DNA from: Candidatus Eisenbergiella stercorigallinarum
GTDB lineage: Bacteria; Bacillota; Clostridia; Lachnospirales; Lachnospiraceae
Length of the DNA stretch: 44,096 nucleotides
Reading direction: 5' to 3'
Assembly (NCBI GenBank): GCA_019120525.1
Contig: DWUW01000015.1
Span: 1-44,096, forward strand
Shown one piece after another: positions 7,064-16,285 of the stretch (position 1 is its first letter; every line of letters starts with the position of its first letter). Below the pieces are notes generated by a model. It was not told where the DNA came from. It worked only from the letters and a program-made list of their open reading frames with translations, and did no database searches. The translations under genes were made by a program, and so were the position numbers.

Positions 7064-8776
7064 ATGAAATGGAATGGAAAACGGGTAGCCGCAGCAGCGC
7101 TCTGGCTCATGATGGCCTTCCAGGCCGCTCCCGCGGTTTCGGTACAGGCCGCGAAAGCTCCGGAATGGAATACGGAGATTCTCAGCGTTTCTCAGATTGG
7201 CGAATATGAATCCGGACAGTTCAATGTGGACGGCGGCGTCATGGAAATTGTGGCCTATAACCGGAACACTGGCCGTGCCTATGCGATCAATGGCCAGTCC
7301 GGCGCCCTTGCCTCAATTTCTTTGAAGGATCTGGAAAGCGGAGCCTTTGAAAAGCTGGAAGGCACGGATATCGATGTGAAAGGTCTGGTAGAAGCCGCAG
7401 ATTCCGGCTTCGCATACGGAGATATGACATCTGTCGCCGTCTCTCCCGATCAGACCACGCTCGCGGCCGCACTGCAGGCCGAGGACTACAGAGATCCCGG
7501 ACGGGTGGCGCTGTTTTCCTGCAATGCCGATGGAAGCCTTACACTCAAGGGTCTTGCTGTTACCGGCGTACAGCCTGACATGGTAACCTTCGCCAATAAT
7601 ACGACGGTTCTTACCGCAGACGAGGGAGAACCCAGAGACGGTTATGGAAACGGCATCATGGATCCGAAAGGCTCCGTGACGATCATAAACACGGACAGCC
7701 TGATCAGCAGAACCGTTGGCTTCGACGCATTTGACGGCAGTGAACAGAGAACAGCGCTCGCGGAAGCAGGTGTGGTGCTGAAAAAGAACACGGCTCCTTC
7801 CGTAGATCTGGAACCCGAATACATCGCGGTTTCCGGTCAGAAGGCGTATGTCACCCTGCAGGAAGCCAATGCCATCGCGGTTTTGGATCTGGTAGCGGCA
7901 GCCTATGACGGAATCTTCTCCGCCGGATTTGAAGATTACAGCACCGTTCCCGTTGATCTGGACAAAAAGGACGACGCCTATGCCCCGAAAACCTACAAAA
8001 GCCTGAAGGGAATCCGCATGCCGGACGGTATCGCCGCATATACCTCAGGTGGCAGAACCCTGCTGGTAACCGCCAATGAAGGCGACGGCCGGGAATGGGG
8101 CGACGAAGATCTGGGAACAGACTATCTGAACGAGGACGAACGCAATTTTGAAGACGGGGAAGATACCTCTCCCACGGGAGCGATCACCGCTGAAAATTCC
8201 GGCCTGAACGGAAAGGTTGTTTTCTTTGACAGTTCCGATTACGATGGACTGGATCAAAATACGGACTACGTGTTCGGCGGCCGTTCCTTCACCGTCTATG
8301 AAGCAGCGGCTGACGGCATCCGCCAGATCTATACCAGCGGCGGAGAATTTGAAGCGCTGACAGCGGCGGCTGTGCCGGAATATTATAACTGCTCCAACGA
8401 CAACAGCGTTCTGGACGACCGCTCCGGCAAAAAGGGACCAGAAGCCGAAAGCGTTACAACCGGCGTCGTTGGCGAAAGTATCTACGCATTCGTGGCTCTG
8501 GAGCGCACCGGCGGCGTGATGATCTACGATGTGACAGTTCCAGAAAAAGCAGGCTTTGTCAATTACATCAATTCGCGCGACTTCGCTTCCGCCGTGGACG
8601 GTTCTCAGGTATATGAGGGCGGAGAACTGGACAAATGGGTGACCGGAGGCGACGTAGCGCCCGAAGGCCTGGCCTTCGTGGACGCCTCCGCCAGCCCCAC
8701 CGGAAATCCGCTTCTGCTCGCGGCCTGCGAAGTATCCGGAACGGTAGCGGTTTATGAATTGAACGCTGCGGGCTGA
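7064..8776 (+). CDS. Secreted alkaline-phosphatase-like beta-propeller protein (choice-of-anchor I type)
   Basis: Signal peptide ending VQA. Motifs GVQPDMVTF, TADEGEP, DLEPEYI, MPDGIA, TANEGDGR, FGGRSF, DDRSGKKGPEAE, ALERTGG and GDVAPEG. Confidence 0.82.
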   Translation: MKWNGKRVAAAALWLMMAFQAAPAVSVQAAKAPEWNTEILSVSQIGEYESGQFNVDGGVMEIVAYNRNTGRAYAINGQSGALASISLKDLESGAFEKLEGTDIDVKGLVEAADSGFAYGDMTSVAVSPDQTTLAAALQAEDYRDPGRVALFSCNADGSLTLKGLAVTGVQPDMVTFANNTTVLTADEGEPRDGYGNGIMDPKGSVTIINTDSLISRTVGFDAFDGSEQRTALAEAGVVLKKNTAPSVDLEPEYIAVSGQKAYVTLQEANAIAVLDLVAAAYDGIFSAGFEDYSTVPVDLDKKDDAYAPKTYKSLKGIRMPDGIAAYTSGGRTLLVTANEGDGREWGDEDLGTDYLNEDERNFEDGEDTSPTGAITAENSGLNGKVVFFDSSDYDGLDQNTDYVFGGRSFTVYEAAADGIRQIYTSGGEFEALTAAAVPEYYNCSNDNSVLDDRSGKKGPEAESVTTGVVGESIYAFVALERTGGVMIYDVTVPEKAGFVNYINSRDFASAVDGSQVYEGGELDKWVTGGDVAPEGLAFVDASASPTGNPLLLAACEVSGTVAVYELNAAG

Positions 8777-8827
8777 GCGAAAGCTCTGCCCGTATCAGGC
8801 GTACCTGTGGTTTCATAAGACAGCTTC

Positions 8828-8867
8828 AAGACACCGTCTCTGAAAAGAACCGGTGTCTTTCTTTTTT
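8828..8867 (+). terminator. Rho-independent terminator
   Basis: AAGACACCG...CGGTGTCTT stem followed by TCTTTTTT. Confidence 0.65.
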
Positions 8868-9001
8868 CATCAATTACCTCAGAGGTTGACTCCTGCTCCT
8901 GTTTTCTTATAATCAGGTTATCAGCTATATATATTGTCACCGTTTTTCATCAAATGATCGTGGAAATATCTGTGTCCCCCACGCCGCGAATGGAGATTCC
9001 C

Positions 9002-10141
9002 ATGAAAATCCTGACCAACCGTAACATCAAACGCCTTTTCATCCGTATCCTGCTCTCCCTCCTGCTGTTCATCCTGATCTCTGCCGTCTGTACGCTCCTG
9101 CGTCCGGCGCACGCGGCGCTGTATGCGCCGCTCCTTTTCGCAGGGGCCGGGCTTTCCATTTTCATCCTGCTGTATCTCCATTTCCGGGAACAGGACCGGA
9201 TCATGGAGGACGCCGTCACGCAGATTCAGAATTATCTTTCCGGGGATAAGAGCGCCCGGATCGCCTGCGATGAGGAGGGTACTCTGTACCGCCTGTTTCA
9301 TGAGGTCAATTCCCTGGTATCCATCCTGAACGCCCACGCGGAGCATGAGGCGCAGACGAAAAGCTTTCTGAAAAACACCATTTCCGACATCTCCCACCAG
9401 CTGAAAACGCCCCTCGCCGCTCTGAACATCTATAACGGAATCCTTCAGGAGGAAACGGCGGGCACGCCGGAAATCCGGGAATTTACGGACCTCTCCGAGC
9501 AGGAGCTTGACCGCATCGGAAGCCTCGTGCAGAATCTGCTGAAAATCACCAGGCTGGACGCGGGAACCGTCGTCTTTGAAAAGGCGGATGAAAATATCTC
9601 CGACATGATGTGCCGCATCGAAAAGCATTTTGCTTTCCGGGCCGGACGGGAGGGGAAAACGCTCTCCCTTTCCGGAAACGATACCCTCACCCTCTTCTGC
9701 GACCGGACCTGGCTGATGGAGGCGGTCAGCAATCTTGTGAAAAACGCGTTCGACCATACCCGGAAGGGCTGTACGATCCGTATCGAATGGCAGGCCTTTG
9801 CTTCCATCGTCCAGATCGTGGTGCGCGATGACGGAAGCGGCATTCATCCAGAAGATCTGCCCCACATTTTCAAGCGGTTCTATCGGAGCCGCCACCCTGC
9901 CGGAGCTTCCGCCGTATCCGGTTCCAGCGCCGGAACTGGCGCAGACGCTCCCTCCCTGAGTCAGCAATCCCCCGGAGCGGAACCGATTAAGAATCTGTCT
10001 CCGGACGCCCAGGGAATCGGGCTGGGGCTTCCGCTGGCAAAGGCGGTCGTGGAAGCCCATAACGGAACCATCGAGGCGGACAGCGAACCGGGAACCGGAA
10101 CCGTCTTTACCTTAAATTTTCTGATTCCTGCAAAATTGTAG
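9002..10141 (+). CDS. Sensor histidine kinase (two TM helices, very short extracellular loop)
   Basis: H box ISHQLKTPL, N box NLVKNA, G1 DDGSGI, F box IFKRFYR and G2 GIGLGL. Confidence 0.92.
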   Translation: MKILTNRNIKRLFIRILLSLLLFILISAVCTLLRPAHAALYAPLLFAGAGLSIFILLYLHFREQDRIMEDAVTQIQNYLSGDKSARIACDEEGTLYRLFHEVNSLVSILNAHAEHEAQTKSFLKNTISDISHQLKTPLAALNIYNGILQEETAGTPEIREFTDLSEQELDRIGSLVQNLLKITRLDAGTVVFEKADENISDMMCRIEKHFAFRAGREGKTLSLSGNDTLTLFCDRTWLMEAVSNLVKNAFDHTRKGCTIRIEWQAFASIVQIVVRDDGSGIHPEDLPHIFKRFYRSRHPAGASAVSGSSAGTGADAPSLSQQSPGAEPIKNLSPDAQGIGLGLPLAKAVVEAHNGTIEADSEPGTGTVFTLNFLIPAKL

Positions 10142-10253
10142 GATTTCTGTCATCTCAGAGTAAGGCGTACGTGCTATGCTGTTTTCTGTTCGGAGGTATC
10201 TGAACCGCAACGCATACTTTTCTTATGACATAAAGAAATGAGGTGCCAGAATC

Positions 10254-10937
10254 ATGGATCTGCTTGAAGTAAAAAATCTGTCAAAAACCTACGGGAACGG
10301 CGAAGCCGCCGTCCATGCGCTAAAGAACGTGTCCTTTCGTGTTCCCAAAGGAGAATACGTCGCCGTAGTGGGGGAGTCCGGCTCCGGAAAAAGCACCCTG
10401 CTGAATCTGATCGGCGGGCTGGATACTCCCACATCCGGTAAGGTCTGGATCGACGGAAGGGATATTTTTTCCATGAAGGAACGCAGCCTGACGGTATTCC
10501 GCCGCAGAAGCATCGGCTTTATCTTTCAGAGCTTTCACCTGATCCCGGAGCTGACCGTGGAGCAGAATATTATTTTTCCTCTGCTGCTGGATTACCGGAA
10601 GCCGGATAAAAAATATCTGGAGGAGCTTCTGCGCGTGCTGAACCTGAAGGAACGCCGCCGCCATCTGCCCGGACAGCTCTCCGGCGGGCAGCAGCAGCGG
10701 GTGGCGATCGGCCGGGCGCTGATCACGCGGCCCGCGCTGATCCTCGCCGACGAGCCCACCGGAAACCTGGACACAAAGAATACCAGCGAGGTCGTTTCCC
10801 TTTTAAAGGAAGCCTCCAGACGTTATGAACAGACCATCCTCATGATCACGCACAGCCGGAGCATCGCCCAGACCGCCGACCACATTCTGCAGGTCTCCGA
10901 CGGCGTGCTGACGGATTTCGGGAGGTGCCGCGAATGA
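10254..10937 (+). CDS. ABC exporter ATP-binding protein (LolD/MacB type)
   Basis: [18 protein letters not shown] and [10 protein letters not shown]. Confidence 0.95.
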   Translation: MDLLEVKNLSKTYGNGEAAVHALKNVSFRVPKGEYVAVVGESGSGKSTLLNLIGGLDTPTSGKVWIDGRDIFSMKERSLTVFRRRSIGFIFQSFHLIPELTVEQNIIFPLLLDYRKPDKKYLEELLRVLNLKERRRHLPGQLSGGQQQRVAIGRALITRPALILADEPTGNLDTKNTSEVVSLLKEASRRYEQTILMITHSRSIAQTADHILQVSDGVLTDFGRCRE

Positions 10938-12775
10938 AAAGCTATCTCAGCCTGATCCCCATTTCAGCCAGAGTCCGCCGGCGTCAGAACCGGATGACCC
11001 TGTTATGCATTATTTTTGCCGTATTTCTGGTGACCGCCATTTTCAGCATGGCCGAGATGGGCGCGAGAATGGAACAGGCAAGACTGGTTCAGAAGCATGG
11101 AGGTCTGTCCCTTCCGGAATTGTTTGACAGCGCCATGGGGCAGACGCTTCTTGTGACCGCGGCGGCGCTGTGCCTGATGATCCTGGCCGCCGGCGTTCTG
11201 ATGATTTCGGGAAGCATCCACAGCAGCGTGGCGCAGCGGACGCAGTTTTTCGGCATGATGCGCTGCATCGGAATGAGCCGGCGGCAGGTCAGGCGCTTTG
11301 TGCGGCTGGAAGCCCTGAACTGGTGCAAAACGGCGGTTCCCATCGGCCTTGCGCTGGGGATCGTGACCACCTGGATCCTGTGCGCGGCACTGCGTTTTCT
11401 TGTGGGAGAAGAATTTTCCCACATCCCCCTGTTCGGCGTCAGCGTGACCGGAATCGTAAGCGGCGCTCTGGTGGGCGTCGTAACGGTTCTGATCGCCGCG
11501 GGCGCTCCCGCCGGACGGGCCTCGAAGGTGCCGCCCGCCGCCGCGGTTTCCGGCGGTTCTGAGAACGGAAACGCCATGCGCCGCCCCGTCTCCTCTCCTG
11601 TGATCCGGATCGAAACCTCGCTCGGCATCCGTCACGCCGTTTCGGCCAGGAAAAATCTGCTTCTGCTGACCGGCTCCTTCGCCCTCAGCATCGTCCTGTT
11701 TCTGAGCTTTTCCGTTTTGGTGGATTTTGTGGGCTTCCTGATGCCCCAGTCCGCCGCTGCCTCCGACATCGACATTGCAAGCGGCGACGGAGACAATTCC
11801 ATCAGCCCGCAGCTGATGGAAACGATCCGGAACATGGACGGCGTCAGACAGGTCTACGGCCGCAGGAGTTTGTTTGACATATCGGCGAAGCTTCGGGGAA
11901 GCACAGCCGCCAAAGGCACGGATGCCGGAGACACCGGCAGTTCCATTACCGTCGATCTGGTTTCCTTCGACGATTTTGACCTGAAATGCCTGAAAAAGGA
12001 CGGCTCACTCCGGCCCGGAAGCGACCTTTCTGAAGTGTACGGGAACAGCAGATACGTTCTTGCCACATGGGATAAAAACGCCGCGTGGGAAACCGGCGAT
12101 ACCATCCGCGTCGGCGGGGAAGCCCTAACCATTGCCGGGCTGTTAAGGTACGATCCCTTCAGCGGCGACGGCCTCACCAACGGACGCCTCACCCTCATCA
12201 CCTCCGGCGAAACCTTCACCCGGCTGACCGGCGTTGCGGACTACTCTCTCCTCATGGTTCAGCTGCGGGGCGATGCGACGGAGGAGGACGTGGCGGCCAT
12301 CCGCAGCGCCGCCGGAAGTAAGGTCATTTTCAGCGATAAACGGGAACAGAGCACCGCCGGCACCTATCTGGCATTCGTTGTCTGCGTGTATGGTTTTCTT
12401 TCGATCATCGCTCTGGTTACCATGCTGAATATCATCAACAGCATCTCCATGAGCGTGTCCGCCAGAATCCGGCAGTACGGCCATATGCGGGCGGCAGGCA
12501 TGGACGGCCGCCAGATCACGGGAATGATCGCCGCCGAAGCGTTCACCTATGCCTTCTGGGGATGCGCCGCCGGCTGCGCCCTGGGCCTTCCCTTCAGCAG
12601 GCTGCTGTATGATTTTCTCATCACCGCCCATTTCCCCTATGCGTCCTGGACGCTGCCTGTCCGGCGGCTGACGGTGATCGTCCTCTTCGTCCTGCTGTCG
12701 GCGGCTCTCGCCGCCTTCGCTCCGGCAGGGCGGATCCGAAGGATGGCGGTGACGGAGACGGTCAATGAGCTGTGA
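10934..12775 (+). CDS. ABC exporter permease (FtsX-like)
   Basis: Two FtsX motifs (RTQFFGMMRCIGM; RIRQYGHMRAAGM). ATGA overlap with the ATPase gene. Confidence 0.9.
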   Translation: MKSYLSLIPISARVRRRQNRMTLLCIIFAVFLVTAIFSMAEMGARMEQARLVQKHGGLSLPELFDSAMGQTLLVTAAALCLMILAAGVLMISGSIHSSVAQRTQFFGMMRCIGMSRRQVRRFVRLEALNWCKTAVPIGLALGIVTTWILCAALRFLVGEEFSHIPLFGVSVTGIVSGALVGVVTVLIAAGAPAGRASKVPPAAAVSGGSENGNAMRRPVSSPVIRIETSLGIRHAVSARKNLLLLTGSFALSIVLFLSFSVLVDFVGFLMPQSAAASDIDIASGDGDNSISPQLMETIRNMDGVRQVYGRRSLFDISAKLRGSTAAKGTDAGDTGSSITVDLVSFDDFDLKCLKKDGSLRPGSDLSEVYGNSRYVLATWDKNAAWETGDTIRVGGEALTIAGLLRYDPFSGDGLTNGRLTLITSGETFTRLTGVADYSLLMVQLRGDATEEDVAAIRSAAGSKVIFSDKREQSTAGTYLAFVVCVYGFLSIIALVTMLNIINSISMSVSARIRQYGHMRAAGMDGRQITGMIAAEAFTYAFWGCAAGCALGLPFSRLLYDFLITAHFPYASWTLPVRRLTVIVLFVLLSAALAAFAPAGRIRRMAVTETVNEL

Positions 12776-12780
12776 GGGGG

Positions 12781-14541
12781 CTACTCTTCCCTCTTCCTCC
12801 GAACCAGCGTCCCGTTCTTTTCCAATACCCCGTTTTCATACTTTCTGGAAAAAAGCACCTCGCCCTCTTCCTTTACGGAAACGGCTTCCTCTCCGCAGTT
12901 TAAGAGCACCTCCAGCTTCCGGTTTTGAGAATCCAGCTTGATGTACTCCACCAGGCGCTCCTCCCGGTATTCGCCGGGAAAATGGAAATACAGGCTCCGG
13001 CACGCCTCCGCGGTCTTTCGCAGTTCGATCAGGCTGCGCATGGCCGCGATTTTTTCCTGATTTTCCGGGGAGGAAAGCTCGTGCCAGGGCATGGGACGGC
13101 GGCAGTCCGGATCGTGTCCGCCCTCCATGGCGATCTCGGTTCCGTAGTAAATGCAGGCGCTTCCCGGCATGGTGAAAAGGACCGCGAGCTGCTGGTAAAA
13201 CATGTCCAGATCATGAAAACGGTTCATCAGCCGTTCCGTGTCGTGGGAATCCAGCAGGTTGAACATCACGTTGTTGTTCTGCTGCATGTACATGGTGTAG
13301 CAGCGGTTGACCATGTATTCAAACTCCGCCTTGTCCATGCTCTTATCCAGGAAAAAGTCGTGAATGCCGCTAAGCAGCGGATAATTCATCACGGAATCGT
13401 ACTCGTCGCCCGCAAGCCACTGGCTGGCATCATGCCAGATCTCTCCCAGCAGGTACAGATCGGGCTTGAGCGCCCGCAGGCGTTCGCGCATCTTTTTCAG
13501 GAAACGGTGGGAGACCTCGTTTCCCACATCATAGCGGATGCCGTCGATGTCAAATTCCCGGATCCAGTCCTCGCAGACGCCGCAGAAATAGTCGATTACT
13601 TCGTCGTTGTTGGTGTTCAGCTTGGGCATCCAGTCCGCGAAGGCGAAGGAATAGAAGCGGGCGTCCCTGGTGTCCGCTCTTTTCTCCAGATTGTCCCAGT
13701 CGTGGATCATGAACCAGTCCGCGTAAGGCGATTTCTCCTTCTTTTCCAGCACGTCCAGCCAGGGGGCGAAACGGCGGCCGCAGTGGTTGAACACCGCGTC
13801 CACCATGATGCGGATGCCGTGTTCATGCGCCTTTTTCACCAGTCTGGCAAAGTCCTCATTGGTTCCGAACTGGGGATCGATGCGGGTATAGTCCTTCGTA
13901 TCATACTTGTGGGTGGAATCCGCCTCCATGATGGGATTCAGGTAAATGCCAGTGATGCCAAGCTCCTTCAGGTAAGGGAGCTTTTCCTCGATGCCCTTCA
14001 GGTTCCCGCCGAAGCGTTCCTGATTGGTGACCGGCCCCGCGTGCCAGGGCACGATATCCAGCGTGTTTTCCTCCGGCGTTCCGTTGCAGAAGCGGTCCGG
14101 GAAAATCTGATACCAGACCGTTTCGTTCACCCAGTCCGGCGTCCGGTTCACATCGGCCGGGTTCATCCAGGGCACGATGAAGCACTGGAGCATGCGCCCT
14201 TCCATCTGCACCTGCTCCGGGGTCAGGAAGCCGTCCTCAAAATAGTACCAGACCTCGTCCTTTGTATGCAGTTCAAAATAGTATTTGCACCGCTTGTATT
14301 CCGGCCGCAGAGTGGTGGTCCACCAGAGCTGATGGCGGAGCCGTTTTTTAAAAACGATCTCCTCCCGTTTTCCCGTCCATTTCTCGCTTCCGCCCATGAT
14401 GCCCGCTTCGTAGGGATCTCCGTAATGCAGGAAGACCCGCTCCACGTCATAGCCCGTTTTCAGGTTCACGATCAGCTCGTCCTCGTTTAAAGGATAGCTC
14501 ATCTGCTCCGATGTTCTGTGATATACGCCTGTAAATTCCAT
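12781..14541 (-). CDS. GH13 neopullulanase/cyclomaltodextrinase
   Basis: WYQIFPDRF, HKYDTKDY, DAVFNH, GIRYDV, GEIW, SHDTER and DPDCRR. Start set at MEFTG after a GAGGT RBS. Confidence 0.92.
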   Translation of the reverse strand: MEFTGVYHRTSEQMSYPLNEDELIVNLKTGYDVERVFLHYGDPYEAGIMGGSEKWTGKREEIVFKKRLRHQLWWTTTLRPEYKRCKYYFELHTKDEVWYYFEDGFLTPEQVQMEGRMLQCFIVPWMNPADVNRTPDWVNETVWYQIFPDRFCNGTPEENTLDIVPWHAGPVTNQERFGGNLKGIEEKLPYLKELGITGIYLNPIMEADSTHKYDTKDYTRIDPQFGTNEDFARLVKKAHEHGIRIMVDAVFNHCGRRFAPWLDVLEKKEKSPYADWFMIHDWDNLEKRADTRDARFYSFAFADWMPKLNTNNDEVIDYFCGVCEDWIREFDIDGIRYDVGNEVSHRFLKKMRERLRALKPDLYLLGEIWHDASQWLAGDEYDSVMNYPLLSGIHDFFLDKSMDKAEFEYMVNRCYTMYMQQNNNVMFNLLDSHDTERLMNRFHDLDMFYQQLAVLFTMPGSACIYYGTEIAMEGGHDPDCRRPMPWHELSSPENQEKIAAMRSLIELRKTAEACRSLYFHFPGEYREERLVEYIKLDSQNRKLEVLLNCGEEAVSVKEEGEVLFSRKYENGVLEKNGTLVRRKREE

Positions 14542-14550
14542 ACTTACCTC

Positions 14551-14607
14551 TTTTCGGCCGGATGGCCGCGTTTCGCTTTTTCGGCCGGATGGCCGCATTT
14601 CGCCTTT
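14551..14607. repeat. 27-bp tandem duplication in the malQ-neopullulanase spacer
   Basis: TTCGGCCGGATGGCCGC(G/A)TTTCGC twice, with CGGCCG at 14555 and 14582. Confidence 0.85.
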
Positions 14608-14696
14608 CCGCTGAAAACGGGCCGGTCTTCTTTCCGTAAGAAGCGGCCCGTCCCGCAGATCCTTCAAATTTTTCAGGAAACCGGCTCTTCCGGTTT

Positions 14697-16163
14697 TCAC
14701 CTGTTTGTCAACAGCCTCCGGTAACGGGAAAGCATCCGCTCCGCTCTGTCAAAATCGGGCATGCGCCATTCCCAGTTGGGGGAACCAACCGTTCCCGGCG
14801 TGTTGATATGTCCCTCTTTTCCCAGGCCCAGAATGTCCGCCATGGGAACGATGGCGATGTCCGCCTTCCCCGTCAGGGCATAGGTCAGAAGCCTGTCGTG
14901 CACACTGCCTGTCTTGATGCCGCTTCGCTTCAGGAAGGCGCGCACCTTTCTTTTCGCCGCGCGGGTCAGGTCGGCGTACCACTCCATCAGAGGAGAATTG
15001 TCGTGGGTTCCGGTATAGCAGATCAGATTCTCCTTCTCCGGGAAGGAATCGAACGCGTATTTTCCGTCCGTATTGATGGAAAATACCAGCACCTTCATGC
15101 CCTTCAGGCCGTAGTGCTCCTTCAGTACAAGCACCTCCGGGCGCAGGTCGCCCAGATCCTCCGCCACCAGGCAGACGCCGGGAAGCTTCTCCAGCAGGGT
15201 GTCGATCACCTCATAGCCCGGCGCTTCGATCCATTCGCCCTCCACCGCCGTGGGGCAGGTGGCCGGGATCTTCCAGAAGGTATCGAAGGCCCGGAAATGA
15301 TCGATACGGATGATGTCGAACAGCTTATTGCTGTAGCCGATCCGATCCACCCAGAACTGATAGCCGTTTTTCTTCAGGTAGTCCCAGTCATAGATGGGGT
15401 TGCCCCACCGCTGTCCGGTGGCGCTGAAATAATCCGGCGGCACGCCGGCGATGAAGATCGGCCTTCCGTCCGTATCCAGCAGGAAATTGTCCCTGCCGCC
15501 CCATACGTCCACGGAGTCCACGCCCACATAGAAGGGCACGTCTCCCATGACGCGGATGCCCGCGTCGTTCGCGGCCTGCTTCACCTTCATCCACTGGGTA
15601 TAGAACAGGTACTGGAGGAACATCTGGTACTGCGCTTCCTCTTCGATCTCCGCGGCAAGAGCGCCGCGCGTTTTCGGCCAGTCCCTGTCGGCGGGCTCCC
15701 ATTCATTCCAGCATCTTCCGCCGTTTTTCTTTTTCAGGGCGCGGAAAACGGCGTAATCGGATACCCATTCCTGGGAGACGAAGTTCTGATAGGCTTCCCC
15801 GGCTTTTCCGTCCTTTTTGGCAAAAGTATCATAGGCCGCTTTCAGGTACGGCTCCTTAAAGGCGCGGACGGCCTCATAGTCCACCCGGTCCGCCCGCTCC
15901 CGGAAGGCGGGGACGGGCTCCGAAAGCAGTCCCTCCTCCTGCAGCGCGTCCAGGCTGATATAAAGCTCGTCTCCCGCGCAGGAGGAATAGGGCTGGTAGG
16001 GGGAATTGCCGTATCCCACCGGATTTAACGGCAAAATCTGCCAGATTTTTACTCCGTTTTCCCGGAGCAGGTCGATCAAATGATATGCCGATGCGCCCAG
16101 CTCCCCCACTCCCGTCCGGGACGGAAGGGCGGAAACCGGCATTAAAATTCCTGATTCTCTCAT
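14697..16163 (-). CDS. malQ: 4-alpha-glucanotransferase (GH77)
   Basis: GVPPDYFSATGQRWGNP, RIDHFR, AEDLG and YTGTHDN. Confidence 0.95.
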   Translation of the reverse strand: MRESGILMPVSALPSRTGVGELGASAYHLIDLLRENGVKIWQILPLNPVGYGNSPYQPYSSCAGDELYISLDALQEEGLLSEPVPAFRERADRVDYEAVRAFKEPYLKAAYDTFAKKDGKAGEAYQNFVSQEWVSDYAVFRALKKKNGGRCWNEWEPADRDWPKTRGALAAEIEEEAQYQMFLQYLFYTQWMKVKQAANDAGIRVMGDVPFYVGVDSVDVWGGRDNFLLDTDGRPIFIAGVPPDYFSATGQRWGNPIYDWDYLKKNGYQFWVDRIGYSNKLFDIIRIDHFRAFDTFWKIPATCPTAVEGEWIEAPGYEVIDTLLEKLPGVCLVAEDLGDLRPEVLVLKEHYGLKGMKVLVFSINTDGKYAFDSFPEKENLICYTGTHDNSPLMEWYADLTRAAKRKVRAFLKRSGIKTGSVHDRLLTYALTGKADIAIVPMADILGLGKEGHINTPGTVGSPNWEWRMPDFDRAERMLSRYRRLLTNR

Positions 16164-16272
16164 AGGGTCTCCATTCCGGAGCGTAGCGACGGGGCGATGC
16201 CTAAAAGCAATTTGTGACGCTCCGGCACAAATTGCCGTATGAGAAATAAGCCATCAGGCTTATTTCTCATAC
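16164..16272. repeat. Modular hairpin repeat cluster (A+B+C)
   Basis: Homologous to 42044-42182. Hairpins GCAATTTGTG-ACGCTCCGG-CACAAATTGC and GTATGAGAAATAAGCC-ATCA-GGCTTATTTCTCATAC. Confidence 0.9.
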
Positions 16273-16285
16273 TCTCCTTATTTTT

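Noticed and set aside
14542-14700. N-terminal extensions given by the ORF track for neopullulanase (also glgP, cotH, ABC-F, hflX, esterase)
   Set aside because: The extensions run through repeats or spacers, and downstream starts have clear RBSs and match family N-termini.
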